NCBI GenBank assembly: GCA_963817955.1
Contig: CAWFQK010000003.1
Span: forward strand, 96,001-160,000
Length of the DNA: 64,000 nucleotides
Direction of reading: 5' to 3'
Origin: an uncultured Gemmatimonadaceae bacterium
Lineage (GTDB): Bacteria; Gemmatimonadota; Gemmatimonadetes; Gemmatimonadales; Gemmatimonadaceae
Shown here: positions 29,847-40,088 of the stretch, piece after piece
Numbering within the stretch: position 1 is the stretch's first letter
Layout: the number at the start of each line of letters is the position of its first letter
Made by a program: the position numbers and the translations under genes
The notes under the pieces: generated by a model
The model's database searches: none
The model's input: only the letters and a program-made list of their open reading frames with translations
Told to the model about the DNA's origin: nothing

Positions 29847-31058
29847 TCACTCGTAGCGCAACGCCTCGATCGGATCGAGCGCCGCCGCGCGCCGCGCCGG
29901 CCACACGCCAAAGAGGAGGCCCACTGCGCTCGCGAACAGGAACGCCATCGCGATCGAGGACGCGCCGATCGCCGTCGTCCATCCGAACGCATCGCGCATG
30001 ATCGTCGCGCCGCCCACGCCCGCGACGACGCCGATCGCACCGCCCGCCAGGCAGAGCGTCACTGCCTCGGCGAGAAACTGCACGAGAATGTTGCGCTTGG
30101 TCGCGCCGAGCGCCTTGCGCACGCCAATCTCCCGCGTGCGCTCCGTGACCGACACGAGCATGATGTTCATGATGCCGATGCCGCCCACGAGCAGCGACAC
30201 AGCCGCGATGCCGGCGAGCAGCGAGGTGAACACCTGCGTCGTCTCGTTCAGCGTCACGAGAAAGTCGGCCTGGTTGCGCACCCGGAAATCGTCCGGCTGG
30301 TCGGGGGACAACCCGTGGGCGCGGCGCATCGCGATCCCGATCTCCGCCGTCGCGTCGGGCAGATCGGCCTCGCTCGTCGCCAGCGCGAAGATGTCGTCCA
30401 CCCAATCCGTCTTGAAGAGACGGAAGCGTCCCGTGTAGAATGGTATGAGCACCTGGTCGTCCCGGCTCTCCCCGCCGCCGACGCCCTTCTCCTTCAGCGT
30501 GCCGATCACGCGAAACTGAATGCCGCCAATGCGAATGATCTGCCCGACGATGGCATCGGGATTGACGACGTTCAGTTCGTGCAGCACGCCGTAGCCGAGC
30601 ACGGCCACGCGCTGCATACCGAGGTTCTCGCCGGAATCGAACATCCGCCCGCGGTCGATGTCGAAGCCGCGTACCGCCAGGAAGTTGGGCGTGACGCCGA
30701 GAATCGTCATGTTAGTGTTCTGATCGCCCCAGACGATCTGGAAATTCTTGTCCTGCTGCGGCTCCACCGCGAGCACGTGCGGCGAGCGCTCCTCGATCGT
30801 CGTGGCGTCGATCATCGTCATGCGGCGCCGCGTGCCCAGCTGCACGCCGTTCTGCCGCATCGGCGCCGCGTCGACCTGCAAGATGGTGGTGCCGAGCCGC
30901 TGGATCCGGTCCTTCACCGATTGCTGGGCGCCGTTGCCGAGGGCGATCATCGCGATCACCGCGCCCACGCCGATGACGATGCCGAGCATCGTGAGAAGCG
31001 AGCGCAGCAGGTTCGCACGCAGGGCGCTGAATGCGATGCCGAGAATTTCGAGCTTCAC
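29847..31058 (-). CDS. MacB-type ABC transporter permease
   Basis: RSLLTMLGIVIGV, GGIGIMNIMLVSVTERTREIG, DPIEALRYE. Confidence 0.95.
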   Translation of the reverse strand: MKLEILGIAFSALRANLLRSLLTMLGIVIGVGAVIAMIALGNGAQQSVKDRIQRLGTTILQVDAAPMRQNGVQLGTRRRMTMIDATTIEERSPHVLAVEPQQDKNFQIVWGDQNTNMTILGVTPNFLAVRGFDIDRGRMFDSGENLGMQRVAVLGYGVLHELNVVNPDAIVGQIIRIGGIQFRVIGTLKEKGVGGGESRDDQVLIPFYTGRFRLFKTDWVDDIFALATSEADLPDATAEIGIAMRRAHGLSPDQPDDFRVRNQADFLVTLNETTQVFTSLLAGIAAVSLLVGGIGIMNIMLVSVTERTREIGVRKALGATKRNILVQFLAEAVTLCLAGGAIGVVAGVGGATIMRDAFGWTTAIGASSIAMAFLFASAVGLLFGVWPARRAAALDPIEALRYE

Positions 31059-31240
31059 CCGCTAACCACTCCTCGAGAGAGACGCGTTCGCAAGTGCGTG
31101 CGTCTGCGCGACGACCGAGCCCATGCCGGCCACCAACGTAGCCTAACCAGCAACACCTGTCGGGCCGATGACAAGGGCCGGCTAACCGACGACCCACTCA
31201 GTCTGTTCTTGACGACAAAATGGGCCGTGGTATCATGGCT

Positions 31241-31948
31241 ATGGCGCAGCTCATGAAATTTCTCGCACCTTGGCGACGCGTCGTCGCGACCGGTTTCATT
31301 GCTGCCTCGTGGGCCTGCGGCGCCTCGACGGCGCCCGGTTCGGACGAGGGTTCGACGTCGCCCCCGGCGAGCCCACCAGGCTCGTTCGCGAACGGAATTC
31401 CGGCATTCTTCTTCGCCGTGGGGGTGCAGCATCCCACGATGGCATTTCCGCTTTCTACCTCGCTTGGAACGGCTCCGGCTACAGGCCTTCGACTCTGGGA
31501 CAGCGGGGTCAACTGGTCACAGCTCGAGGTGTGCAATGCGGCGACGAGTGGATGTCGAAGGATGTCGCGGCGGTGATCCGGGCCGTCGATCCGAACGCGA
31601 AGACACTGAGTCCGTCGTTACACGGATCAAGTGCTGGGAGTTGGTTTCAGAACCAGTATCTCGCCAACGGGGGCGCTGCGTACTTCCGGCTGGCTCACCG
31701 GCGCTCTCCTGTCACCGTGCATTCAGTCGGGAACGCGATGGACCTGCGCGCTCACGCGACCGAATGGATACGCTGCCCAACTGATCTGGGACACGTCCAG
31801 GGGTTGCTCGAACGGAGCGTGCACGACAGTGCCGGCGACCGTCGACGCACAGTACGTGCGGTACTCCGACCTGACGGGGACATCATTCACGGTCGCGAAC
31901 CACGAGGTCCCGGTGGGGATCAAGCCGGTGCTGCTGCAGAATCGATGA
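31241..31948 (+). pseudogene. Fragmented glycoside hydrolase lipoprotein (GH39/GH5-like)
   Basis: Signal with WAC, LRLWDSGVNWSQLE; other frames give IRAVDPNAKTLSP and WTC.LTRPNGY..QLIWD...PVLL; large parts missing. Confidence 0.6.
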
Positions 31949-32107
31949 GCGATCGATGTGCTCGGGCGCTCCCGGGCAAGCACAGCGCGGACGATAAGCC
32001 GCAAGCTGTCGTCGAACAGCCTGCAGATCGTGGGTGACGTGGCGGCTACGCTCACCTTCGACGTTGCCGGCGGCCTCATTCGGAGAACGGGTTCCATGGG
32101 GTGGTGG

Positions 32108-32416
32108 CTAGAACGCCATGTCCTCATCACTCGCCGTCTGGCGGTCCTCCTGCCGACCGTGGCGCACGGTCAGAATCAGGATGCGCGCGCGTTCGACACG
32201 ATAGATGATCCGATACGGCGGATATGGGACTTGCCGAATCTCAGGCCGAGCGAGATCTGGCGCGACGCGCCCCGACAGTGGGTATTGCCGCAATTGGTGA
32301 ACGCGGGCGAAGATCTCCCGGACCCACCGAGCCGCGGTGGTGGGCCGTTCCCCCGCGATCTCCTGCGCGATCGCGTGCACGCGCTCCAGCGCGAGCGGCG
32401 ACCACACAACGCGCAT
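32108..32416 (-). CDS. RelE/ParE family toxin
   Basis: VVWSPLA, YPLSGRVAPD, PPYRIIYRV, VRHGRQ. Confidence 0.92.
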   Translation of the reverse strand: MRVVWSPLALERVHAIAQEIAGERPTTAARWVREIFARVHQLRQYPLSGRVAPDLARPEIRQVPYPPYRIIYRVERARILILTVRHGRQEDRQTASDEDMAF

Positions 32417-32443
32417 GCGAGGGCTCAAAACGCCAGCGCCGGA

Positions 32444-32752
32444 TCAGGCAGTGCGCTTTCGCGCGTTCCCCGGCGCGCGCAACCGCGCCAACACCAGCGC
32501 CTGGGCCTTGCCGTGCGCGACGCCCTGGCCGGCGGCGAGTTGGGCTTCAGCCACGCGGACATCCTCGGCCAATTCGGCGCGCTCCACGAGCGCCTCGTAG
32601 GCATCGACGGCCAAGAGAATGGCGGCGCTGCGGCCGTGCTGCGTCAACACCAACGGGCGCTGGGTGGCCTGCACCTGCTCAACGAAGGTGGCCACACTGG
32701 CGCGGAACTCGGAGAGGGGGCGGATATCCTGACTGGGTCGGCCGTTGCGCAT
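32444..32752 (-). CDS. Phd/YefM family antitoxin
   Basis: DIRPLSEFRA...RPLVLTQHGRSAAILL..DAYE. Confidence 0.92.
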   Translation of the reverse strand: MRNGRPSQDIRPLSEFRASVATFVEQVQATQRPLVLTQHGRSAAILLAVDAYEALVERAELAEDVRVAEAQLAAGQGVAHGKAQALVLARLRAPGNARKRTA

Positions 32753-32767
32753 GAAGCCTCGATGCAT

Positions 32768-32787
32768 ATTGTACAAGGGAATGTACA
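32768..32787 (-). promoter_or_regulatory. YefM-type operator overlapping the -10 element
   Basis: TGTACA at 32770-32775 and 32782-32787 (12 bp centre to centre); TACAAT on the minus strand at 32768-32773. Confidence 0.75.
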
Positions 32788-32878
32788 AGTGGCGCGCACC
32801 GCTGTCCAGCGTGCGAAGAGGCAACGGCCTGCGCGAGCGCCGACGCATGGGTTGGTCCGTCCGTGGCGACCCCTCGCG

Positions 32879-34966
32879 TCAGTTCGCGACGGGCAACGTG
32901 AGGGTGAACGTACTTCCGACACCGAGCTCGCTCTCCGCCACGAGATCCCCGCCCATGCCACGCGCCAGATCACGGCTGATCGCCAGTCCCAAACCGGTGC
33001 CCTCCTTGGTCCGCGTGAGTCTGACGTCGATCTGCACGAACGGCTGGAATACGCGCTCCAACTGGTCACTGGATATTCCACGCCCCGTGTCCCGGACGCG
33101 TATGCGAACGTACGCGCCCTCGATGCTGCATTCCATCGTGATGCGGCCATACGGCTCCGTGAAGCTGATCGCATTCGAGAGGAGGTTCAACAAGATCTGT
33201 TGAACTTTCTCGGCGTCGGCGCAGGCCGCGATGCCTTCGCACCGGTCCAACTCAAAGGCGAGGTGCTTCGCGCTCATCTGTGGGGCGGTGAGTGCTTCGC
33301 ACGTCGCAAAAACATCGCCCAGCCGTACGACGCCGACATTATACCGGACCGCTCCAGCATCAACCTTGGCAAAGTTGAGCACACCATTGATGAGGCCCAG
33401 TAGATGCCGTTGGCTCCGCTGGAGCCGTTCGAGTGATTGACGTTGTTCCTCCGTGACCGGCCCGTGAATGCCCATCTCGATCAGCTGCGCGTAGCCGCCG
33501 ATGGCGTTCAGAGGCGTGCGCAGTTCATGGCTCATGATGGCCAGGAAATCGCTCTTCGCCCGGTTGGCGCTCTGAGCCTCCTTCCGCAGCCGTTGCTCAA
33601 CTTCGACGTCGGTATTCGTGCCGAACCAACGCTGCACGCATCCGTCGGCGTCGTGCACGGGGATGATGCGCGTGAGGAATGGACGAAACTGGCCATCGGC
33701 TCCCCGGAGCGGGAAGGTCATCTCGAAGCGTTGCCCTGTTGCAATCGATCTCTTCCAGCGCTCGAGTACTTCGGGGAGGCCGACGGGGTCGTGCACCGAC
33801 ATCCAGCCCCAACCTTCCATCTGCTCCGGGGTCGTGCCGGTATACTCATACCAACGCGCATTGTACCAGTCGATGTAACCGTCCGCCCGAGCCGTCCAGG
33901 CAAGCGTCGGGATGGCATCGGCGAGCGTGCGAAATTGTCTCTCCGCCTGCAGAGCTGCCGCTCGCGCGGCTTCGGCCTCCGCTCGAGCGGTCTCGCTCTC
34001 GGCCAGAAGACGCTCGACCTCGCGTCGCGCCGCGACATGATCGGTGACGTCCACGCCGTGCACGATCACACCAGAGCGACTCCCGTCGGCTTCGATCAGG
34101 GGGTAATACCCAAAGTCGAGCATCCGCTGTTCTGGCGGGGCGCCCGGCGTGCGAGCAAGTCGAGTCGGCACCTCGCGGCCGACGAACGGCTTACCTGACG
34201 TCACGACATCGTTCAGCAACGCCTCGAAGCCCTGGCCTCGTGCTTCGGGCAGCGCGTCAAACAGGGGCCATCCCACTACCTCGCGGTGTCCGACGAGTTG
34301 ATAGAATGCCTCATTCACGAACTCGATCAGGAATGATCCTCCGCGCAGGATGGCGAAGAAGGCCGGCGAATGCTGGATCGCGTACGCGAGATGCGCACGT
34401 TCGAGATCCAGCGCGCGGTTAGTGGCCTCGAGCCGGCGTTCGGTGAGCACGCGTGCCGTCGTCTCCTGGCAGACCACCAGAACCCCAGCCACCGCCCCAT
34501 TGTCGTCGAATGCCGGGCTATGGCTGTACGTCCACCACTCGTCCTCGATCTTTCCGTTGCGCTCGATCGGGATGAGCTGGTCCTCGTTCCAGGTCGCGTC
34601 GCCGCCGGCCATCACCTGCGCGATCTGCGGGCCGATGATCTGCCAGACATCCGTCCAGAATTCTGCGCCACGCATGCCGAGGGCGCGCGGATGGCGCCCG
34701 TCGGCACCGAAGCTCGGGCGATACGCATCGTTGTAGATCTGAACGAGCTCGGGCCCCCACCACAGGAACATGGGCTGGCGGGAGGCGAGGATCGTGGCAA
34801 CGATGGTCCGCAGGCTGAGCGGCCACCCGGCGACAGGACCAAGGGGAGTGGCGGACCAATCAAAGGCACGGCACAGTGCCCGCATTTCGCCTGCGCCGGC
34901 GAACGGACTGTTGGCCGGCGCAGCGCGCTCGACTTGCTGGTTTTCGAGCGGGACTCCTGTTGTCAT
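32879..34966 (-). CDS. Cytoplasmic multi-PAS histidine kinase
   Basis: FDWSATPLG..WP..L N-terminus, three PAS domains, SHELRTPLN, DTGRGI, GTGLGL. Confidence 0.94.
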   Translation of the reverse strand: MTTGVPLENQQVERAAPANSPFAGAGEMRALCRAFDWSATPLGPVAGWPLSLRTIVATILASRQPMFLWWGPELVQIYNDAYRPSFGADGRHPRALGMRGAEFWTDVWQIIGPQIAQVMAGGDATWNEDQLIPIERNGKIEDEWWTYSHSPAFDDNGAVAGVLVVCQETTARVLTERRLEATNRALDLERAHLAYAIQHSPAFFAILRGGSFLIEFVNEAFYQLVGHREVVGWPLFDALPEARGQGFEALLNDVVTSGKPFVGREVPTRLARTPGAPPEQRMLDFGYYPLIEADGSRSGVIVHGVDVTDHVAARREVERLLAESETARAEAEAARAAALQAERQFRTLADAIPTLAWTARADGYIDWYNARWYEYTGTTPEQMEGWGWMSVHDPVGLPEVLERWKRSIATGQRFEMTFPLRGADGQFRPFLTRIIPVHDADGCVQRWFGTNTDVEVEQRLRKEAQSANRAKSDFLAIMSHELRTPLNAIGGYAQLIEMGIHGPVTEEQRQSLERLQRSQRHLLGLINGVLNFAKVDAGAVRYNVGVVRLGDVFATCEALTAPQMSAKHLAFELDRCEGIAACADAEKVQQILLNLLSNAISFTEPYGRITMECSIEGAYVRIRVRDTGRGISSDQLERVFQPFVQIDVRLTRTKEGTGLGLAISRDLARGMGGDLVAESELGVGSTFTLTLPVAN

Positions 34967-35049
34967 GGCAATGCCCTCCACTCGAGCTCGACGTGTTCAA
35001 TCGACCCTGCAGAATCTTTTCCCTGGCCGACATCGTATCTTACTACATC

Positions 35050-38000
35050 GTGAACATACGCATATGGACTCGCCTCGTCGCCGCGGCCGCGGGGCTCGCT
35101 ATTTTTGCGGCCCCGACCGCCGCACAGCAACAAACCGACATCATTCGCGGCCGCGTTCTGGGCCCCGATACGCTCCCCATCCAAGGCGCGCGCGTCACCG
35201 CGACCTCCTATCAGGGGAGCATCACCAAGTCGGCCGCGACAGACAAAAACGGCCGGTTCCAGATCATCTTCGTCAACGGCGAAGGGGACTACTGGATCGA
35301 TATCGCGAAGATCGGTTTCAACCGGAGGCGGTTCGAGATCAAAAAGGTCGGCGACGAACAGGTCATGCTTGCTGACGCACGGCTCACGTCGGCCATCGCC
35401 CGGCTCGACGCGGTCATCATCAACAGCGACAACCGGGCGCTGGTCAACCGCAACTCAAAGCCTACCGATGTGAGCGGTGGCGACAAGTCCTTGTCATCGA
35501 CATCGCCGCTGCTCCCGCCCGATCAAGCCGGCAATCTGGCCGCGATGGCTTCAACCACGCCGGGCGTTCAGCTCGTTCCCGGCATGGATGGCGCCGCAGA
35601 CATGTTTTCCGCGCTCGGCCTGTCGGGCGATCAGAACGCCACCACCTTCAACGGCCTTGGCTCCGGCGTCAGCTCGCTGCCGCCCGATGCGCAGGTTCGC
35701 ATCACGTTCAATCAGTTTCCCGCCGACCCCGCGCGCGGCGGCTTCTCCGGCGCGCAGATCAGCGTGGCCTCGATCCCGGGATCCAACTATTCCTTCCGGG
35801 GCTTGAGCGGCTATGGTACGGGTCCCGATCTCGAATGGACCGACCAGAGCGCCGATTCGTCGGGACAGAAGTCTACGACGCTCCGCGTCGGCGGCAACCT
35901 CCGCGGCCCGATCCAGATGGATCAGGCATTCTACAACGCCTCCTATTCGGCCCAGCGGAACTTCGCCGACATGCTGACCCTGTTGAATACCAGCCCTGTC
36001 GGACTGCAGTCGGCCGGTGTCGCCGCGGACTCCGCGGCCCGGTTGCTCGGCATTTTGCGCAACAAGCAGGTGCCGGTGTCGCTGGCCAATGGCCCAACAC
36101 TGCGGGCGACCGACAATTTGAATTACCAGGCGAACTTCGACTTCACGCCCAGTTCGTCCGGCACGGGCAATTCGCTCACGCTCGGTGTGTTCGGCGGGTA
36201 TGTGCACGTCCTGCCGACGGGCGGTGGTGTCTCACTGCTGACGAGAACTCCGGCACAGACCGGAGAGGCACGCGGCTATTCCACGTCGGCGTCGCTCCTG
36301 CACTCGAACTACTTCGGGTTCGGCGTGCTGTCACAGACCACGTTCGGTCTCGCGGTGTCGCAGCAGTCCCAAACGCCATTCCTGGATTATCCCACAGGCA
36401 CCGTTCGGGTCGCGTCGAACCTGCCCGACGGCTCGACCTCGATCAAGTCGCTCTCCTTTGGCGGCGGCGCGCCGCCGGCCGATGTCGCGAGTCAGACGGT
36501 GCAGCTCCAGAACCAGCTCCAGTGGTTCAGCGCCAACAACAAGCACACCATCAAGATCACATCGAGCGTTTCGCGCGAGCACACCGCCTCCGACGTCAGC
36601 GCATCACTCGGATCGTTCTCGTTCAATTCGCTCGCCGATCTCGAAGCCGGAGCGCCCGCGTCGTACACCCGTACGTTATCGTCGATTCATTTTCCGAGCG
36701 ATCAGGTCACGGCCGGCCTATCGATCGGTGACGCCTGGCGGCCGGCGAGCACGCTGCAGGTGCAGTACGGCGTGCGCGCCGACGGCAACCGCTTTCTCTT
36801 CAAACCCGACTTCAACGCCGCGCTGCGCGACACCCTGGGCGTCCGCAACGATGTCGTACCGAATCGCGTGAACGTCAGTCCTCGCGTCGGCGTCCAGTGG
36901 ACGTATGGGACCGCACCCACCATCGCGTACGTTCCCGGTGCCGCGCGTCCGCCGCTGGCGGTGATTCACGCCGTCGCCGGCGTCTATCAGAACGTCGGCC
37001 CGGCGAATCAGCTCAACTCAGCGGTGAGTCAGACCGGGTTGCCCGGTTCGACCCAAACGATCGCCTGTGTCGGCCCAGCGGCGCCGGTACCCGATTGGAG
37101 CGCATACCAGAATCCGGGTGCGGTTCCAGGTGCCTGCGCCGACGGCAGCACCGGAAGCATCTTCTCGAACGTCGCCCCGAGTGTGTTCGCGTTCGACCCG
37201 CGGTTCGAGCAGCCGCGCGCGTTGCGCACCGCGGGCGATTGGTCGAGCCCGATCCTCGACAATCGCATCGTGCTCGGACTCCAGGGGATTTACTCCTGGA
37301 ACATGAATCAGCCTGGCATGGTCGACGCCAATCTGAATTCCGGGCGAGGCTTTGGGCTTGAATCGGAAGGCGGCCGGCCGGTGTTCGTCGATCCGTCATC
37401 TATCGTTCCCGCGACGGGCACGATTGCGATCGCGAATTCCCGCGTCTCGCCGGCGTTCCGGAACGTGGCCATCAACCGATCCGACCTGCACTCGGCGTCG
37501 ACGCAGATGGTCGTGCGACTCGTGCCGGTCACGGCCAGCAAATACCTGCGCTGGGACTTCAGCTATTCGCTGCTCGACGTTCGCGATCAGTTCTATGGGT
37601 TCGGCGGCGCGGGGAACACCGCCGGCAATCCGTTCGACCGCCAATGGGGTGCGCATGCCGCGGAGGGCAAGCACCAGTTCACGCTGAACTGGAACAGCAT
37701 TCCGGTGGCCGACCTGTTCTACGTCACGATTGGCACGACGATCAAGTCGGGCACGCCATTCACGCCGATGGTGGCCGGCGACGTCAATGGCGACGGGTAC
37801 TGGAACGACCGCGCGTTCGTGTTCGACCCGGCGCGCACCGCCGACACGGCGTTGGCAGGCGCGATGCGATCGCTGCTCGCCACTGGCGCTCCGGCGGCGC
37901 GGGCCTGTCTCTCGAAAGAGCTGAACCAGCTTGCCGCCCGCGCGACCTGCCAGGCGCCGTGGGTGACGACGGCCAATCTCGTCATCAATCTGAATCCGCA

Positions 38001-38748
38001 GAAGATTGGCCTGCCCAAGCGCGCGAATCTGGTGATCAGCTTCACCAACCCGCTCGCCATCGCCGATCTCATTGCGCATGGCAACCAGAACACACGCGGG
38101 TGGGGGCAGGACATCCAGCCAGATCAGAATTTGCTCTTCGTGCGCGGCTTCGATCCCGTGTCCAAGCAGTTCAAGTATTCTGTGAACGACCGGTTCGGGT
38201 CCACGCGGCCGCAACAGTCGGCCTCACGGTCGGCGGCATTCGTCAGCATCAATGTCAGCTACGACATCGGCTTCACGCGCGAGCGACAGATTCTGACGCA
38301 ACGGCTCGACATGGGCCGGGGCCGCCCGGGGACGAAGCAGACGGCGCAAGCGATGAAGTCGTTCGGCACGAGCTCGATTCCGAACCCGATGACGATGATC
38401 CTGCAGCAGCCCGATTCACTGAAGCTGACCCGCAAGCAAGCCGACAGCCTGGCGACGCTCAGCACCAGGTTCGCGCTGCACGCCGATTCGGTTTGGACGC
38501 CGATCGCGAAAGTTCTTGAAGTGGAGCCCGACCATTACAGCCACGGCGAGGCGTACCAGCAGTACGTGCACGCGCGCGAGCAGACGGTGGACTATCTCAT
38601 TCAGATCGCGCCGGACGTGCGGGGCCTGCTCACCCCGGCGCAGAAGCGGAAGTTGCCGCCGATCATCCTGAATTTTCTCGATGACAGAGTGTTGAAGTTC
38701 CTGCGGTCGTCGAGTGCCGGTGATGGTGGAAATTTCTTCCTCCGCTAG
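35050..38748 (+). CDS. Oar/TonB-dependent-receptor-like outer membrane protein with carboxypeptidase-regulatory-like N-domain
   Basis: Signal peptide, IRGRV..PI.GA.V..TD.NGRF, GGFSGAQI, SPRVGV.W, GDVNGDG..ND.AFVF. Confidence 0.8.
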   Translation: MNIRIWTRLVAAAAGLAIFAAPTAAQQQTDIIRGRVLGPDTLPIQGARVTATSYQGSITKSAATDKNGRFQIIFVNGEGDYWIDIAKIGFNRRRFEIKKVGDEQVMLADARLTSAIARLDAVIINSDNRALVNRNSKPTDVSGGDKSLSSTSPLLPPDQAGNLAAMASTTPGVQLVPGMDGAADMFSALGLSGDQNATTFNGLGSGVSSLPPDAQVRITFNQFPADPARGGFSGAQISVASIPGSNYSFRGLSGYGTGPDLEWTDQSADSSGQKSTTLRVGGNLRGPIQMDQAFYNASYSAQRNFADMLTLLNTSPVGLQSAGVAADSAARLLGILRNKQVPVSLANGPTLRATDNLNYQANFDFTPSSSGTGNSLTLGVFGGYVHVLPTGGGVSLLTRTPAQTGEARGYSTSASLLHSNYFGFGVLSQTTFGLAVSQQSQTPFLDYPTGTVRVASNLPDGSTSIKSLSFGGGAPPADVASQTVQLQNQLQWFSANNKHTIKITSSVSREHTASDVSASLGSFSFNSLADLEAGAPASYTRTLSSIHFPSDQVTAGLSIGDAWRPASTLQVQYGVRADGNRFLFKPDFNAALRDTLGVRNDVVPNRVNVSPRVGVQWTYGTAPTIAYVPGAARPPLAVIHAVAGVYQNVGPANQLNSAVSQTGLPGSTQTIACVGPAAPVPDWSAYQNPGAVPGACADGSTGSIFSNVAPSVFAFDPRFEQPRALRTAGDWSSPILDNRIVLGLQGIYSWNMNQPGMVDANLNSGRGFGLESEGGRPVFVDPSSIVPATGTIAIANSRVSPAFRNVAINRSDLHSASTQMVVRLVPVTASKYLRWDFSYSLLDVRDQFYGFGGAGNTAGNPFDRQWGAHAAEGKHQFTLNWNSIPVADLFYVTIGTTIKSGTPFTPMVAGDVNGDGYWNDRAFVFDPARTADTALAGAMRSLLATGAPAARACLSKELNQLAARATCQAPWVTTANLVINLNPQKIGLPKRANLVISFTNPLAIADLIAHGNQNTRGWGQDIQPDQNLLFVRGFDPVSKQFKYSVNDRFGSTRPQQSASRSAAFVSINVSYDIGFTRERQILTQRLDMGRGRPGTKQTAQAMKSFGTSSIPNPMTMILQQPDSLKLTRKQADSLATLSTRFALHADSVWTPIAKVLEVEPDHYSHGEAYQQYVHAREQTVDYLIQIAPDVRGLLTPAQKRKLPPIILNFLDDRVLKFLRSSSAGDGGNFFLR

Positions 38749-38775
38749 CCCGGAAAATCTTACTAGACCTATCAA

Positions 38776-40038
38776 ATGACTTTCTTCATGCGCAATGCAC
38801 ATCGCTCGACGATCCTCACAGGCACCCTGTTGTTCGCCGCCGTCACGACGGCCGGCGCGCAAGACAAGATCCCGATCCGAGCGATCGGCCCGATCCTGGC
38901 GACCAGCACGGAGAACGTCGGGCTGGCCGTGACCGTGCGCGGGACGTCCGACGGGCACGTGCTCGTCGGCGCCGGCGGCCGCCAGCGCGTCTACGCCTTT
39001 GATTCGACGCTGCTCAAATTCACGATCGTGGCCGATTCCGGTACCGGTACTGGTGTGGTCCCTATCCGCACTACAGGCCTCATTCCGTATACGGGCGATA
39101 CGACGCTCCTGCCCGACTTCGGGGCGAATGCGCTGCAGGTGCTCGACGCGACCGGGAAGACAGTGCGCTCCATCGCGCCGCCACACGCGGCGGATTTGAT
39201 GTACCTTGGTATCCCTGCGGCGTTCGGCCGGCCCGGGATCGATGCCAAGGGGCGCTTGATCTATCGTTCGCTACTACGGCCAAACTTCCGCCCAGCGCCC
39301 ACGCCGTCGGGGAGTCAGAAGACGGAGATGACACCGATCAACGCCGACTCGGCGCCGATCTTGCGCGGCGACTTCGACACGCGAGGCGTGGACACGCTCG
39401 CCTGGATGAAGACGCCGAGTCAGGGTCGAATGGCCATGGAGATGAAGGAGAACCTCGCCGGTGGCCCGCCGACGGTCACGATGCGGATGATGATGAATCC
39501 GTTCCAGATGTCCGATGAATGGGCGCTGCTGAGCGATGGCACGATCGCGATCGTTCGGGTTCAGGATTATCACATCGATTGGATCGATCCTGATGGCGCG
39601 CACCGATCGAGCGCCAAGATGCCGATGGATTGGCGGCGGTACACCGACGCGGAGAGAACGCAACGCGTCGATTCCATCAAGAAGTTGATCGATCAGCAGC
39701 TCCAGAGCGCTCTCAAGGCGCAGTCCGGCGCGGGCGCGCCGCAGATGAAGATGGACGTGAGCGTGGTGCCGGACAGCGAGTTCCCCCAGTTTTGGCCACC
39801 GATCGAGCCAGGGTCGGTCCTCCCTGATCTCGACGCGCATCTCTGGATTCTGCCGACCACGTCGGTGAATTCGGCGGGCGGGTTCACGTACGATGTGGTC
39901 AATCGGAACGGCGAAGTGTTCGAGCGGGTGCAGCTGCCGAAAGGCCATGTGCTGGTGGGGTTCGGGGCGCATGGCGTCGTGTACCTGACGAAGAGCGACG
40001 GCAAGGCAACGTTTCTCGAGCGGGCGCTGCTGAACTGA
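38776..40038 (+). CDS. Secreted hypothetical protein, probable beta-propeller
   Basis: Signal peptide AGA/Q; DEWALLSDG.IAIVR..DYHIDW, YDVVNR.G. Confidence 0.75.
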   Translation: MTFFMRNAHRSTILTGTLLFAAVTTAGAQDKIPIRAIGPILATSTENVGLAVTVRGTSDGHVLVGAGGRQRVYAFDSTLLKFTIVADSGTGTGVVPIRTTGLIPYTGDTTLLPDFGANALQVLDATGKTVRSIAPPHAADLMYLGIPAAFGRPGIDAKGRLIYRSLLRPNFRPAPTPSGSQKTEMTPINADSAPILRGDFDTRGVDTLAWMKTPSQGRMAMEMKENLAGGPPTVTMRMMMNPFQMSDEWALLSDGTIAIVRVQDYHIDWIDPDGAHRSSAKMPMDWRRYTDAERTQRVDSIKKLIDQQLQSALKAQSGAGAPQMKMDVSVVPDSEFPQFWPPIEPGSVLPDLDAHLWILPTTSVNSAGGFTYDVVNRNGEVFERVQLPKGHVLVGFGAHGVVYLTKSDGKATFLERALLN

Positions 40039-40088
40039 GGGCGCTGGTGGGGGCCGCGCTGATGCCCCCATCAGCCTGCGCCACCCGT

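Noticed and set aside
31135..31200. attC-like GCCTAAC and GGCTAAC motifs
   Set aside because: No pairing arm or correctly placed GTT core downstream.
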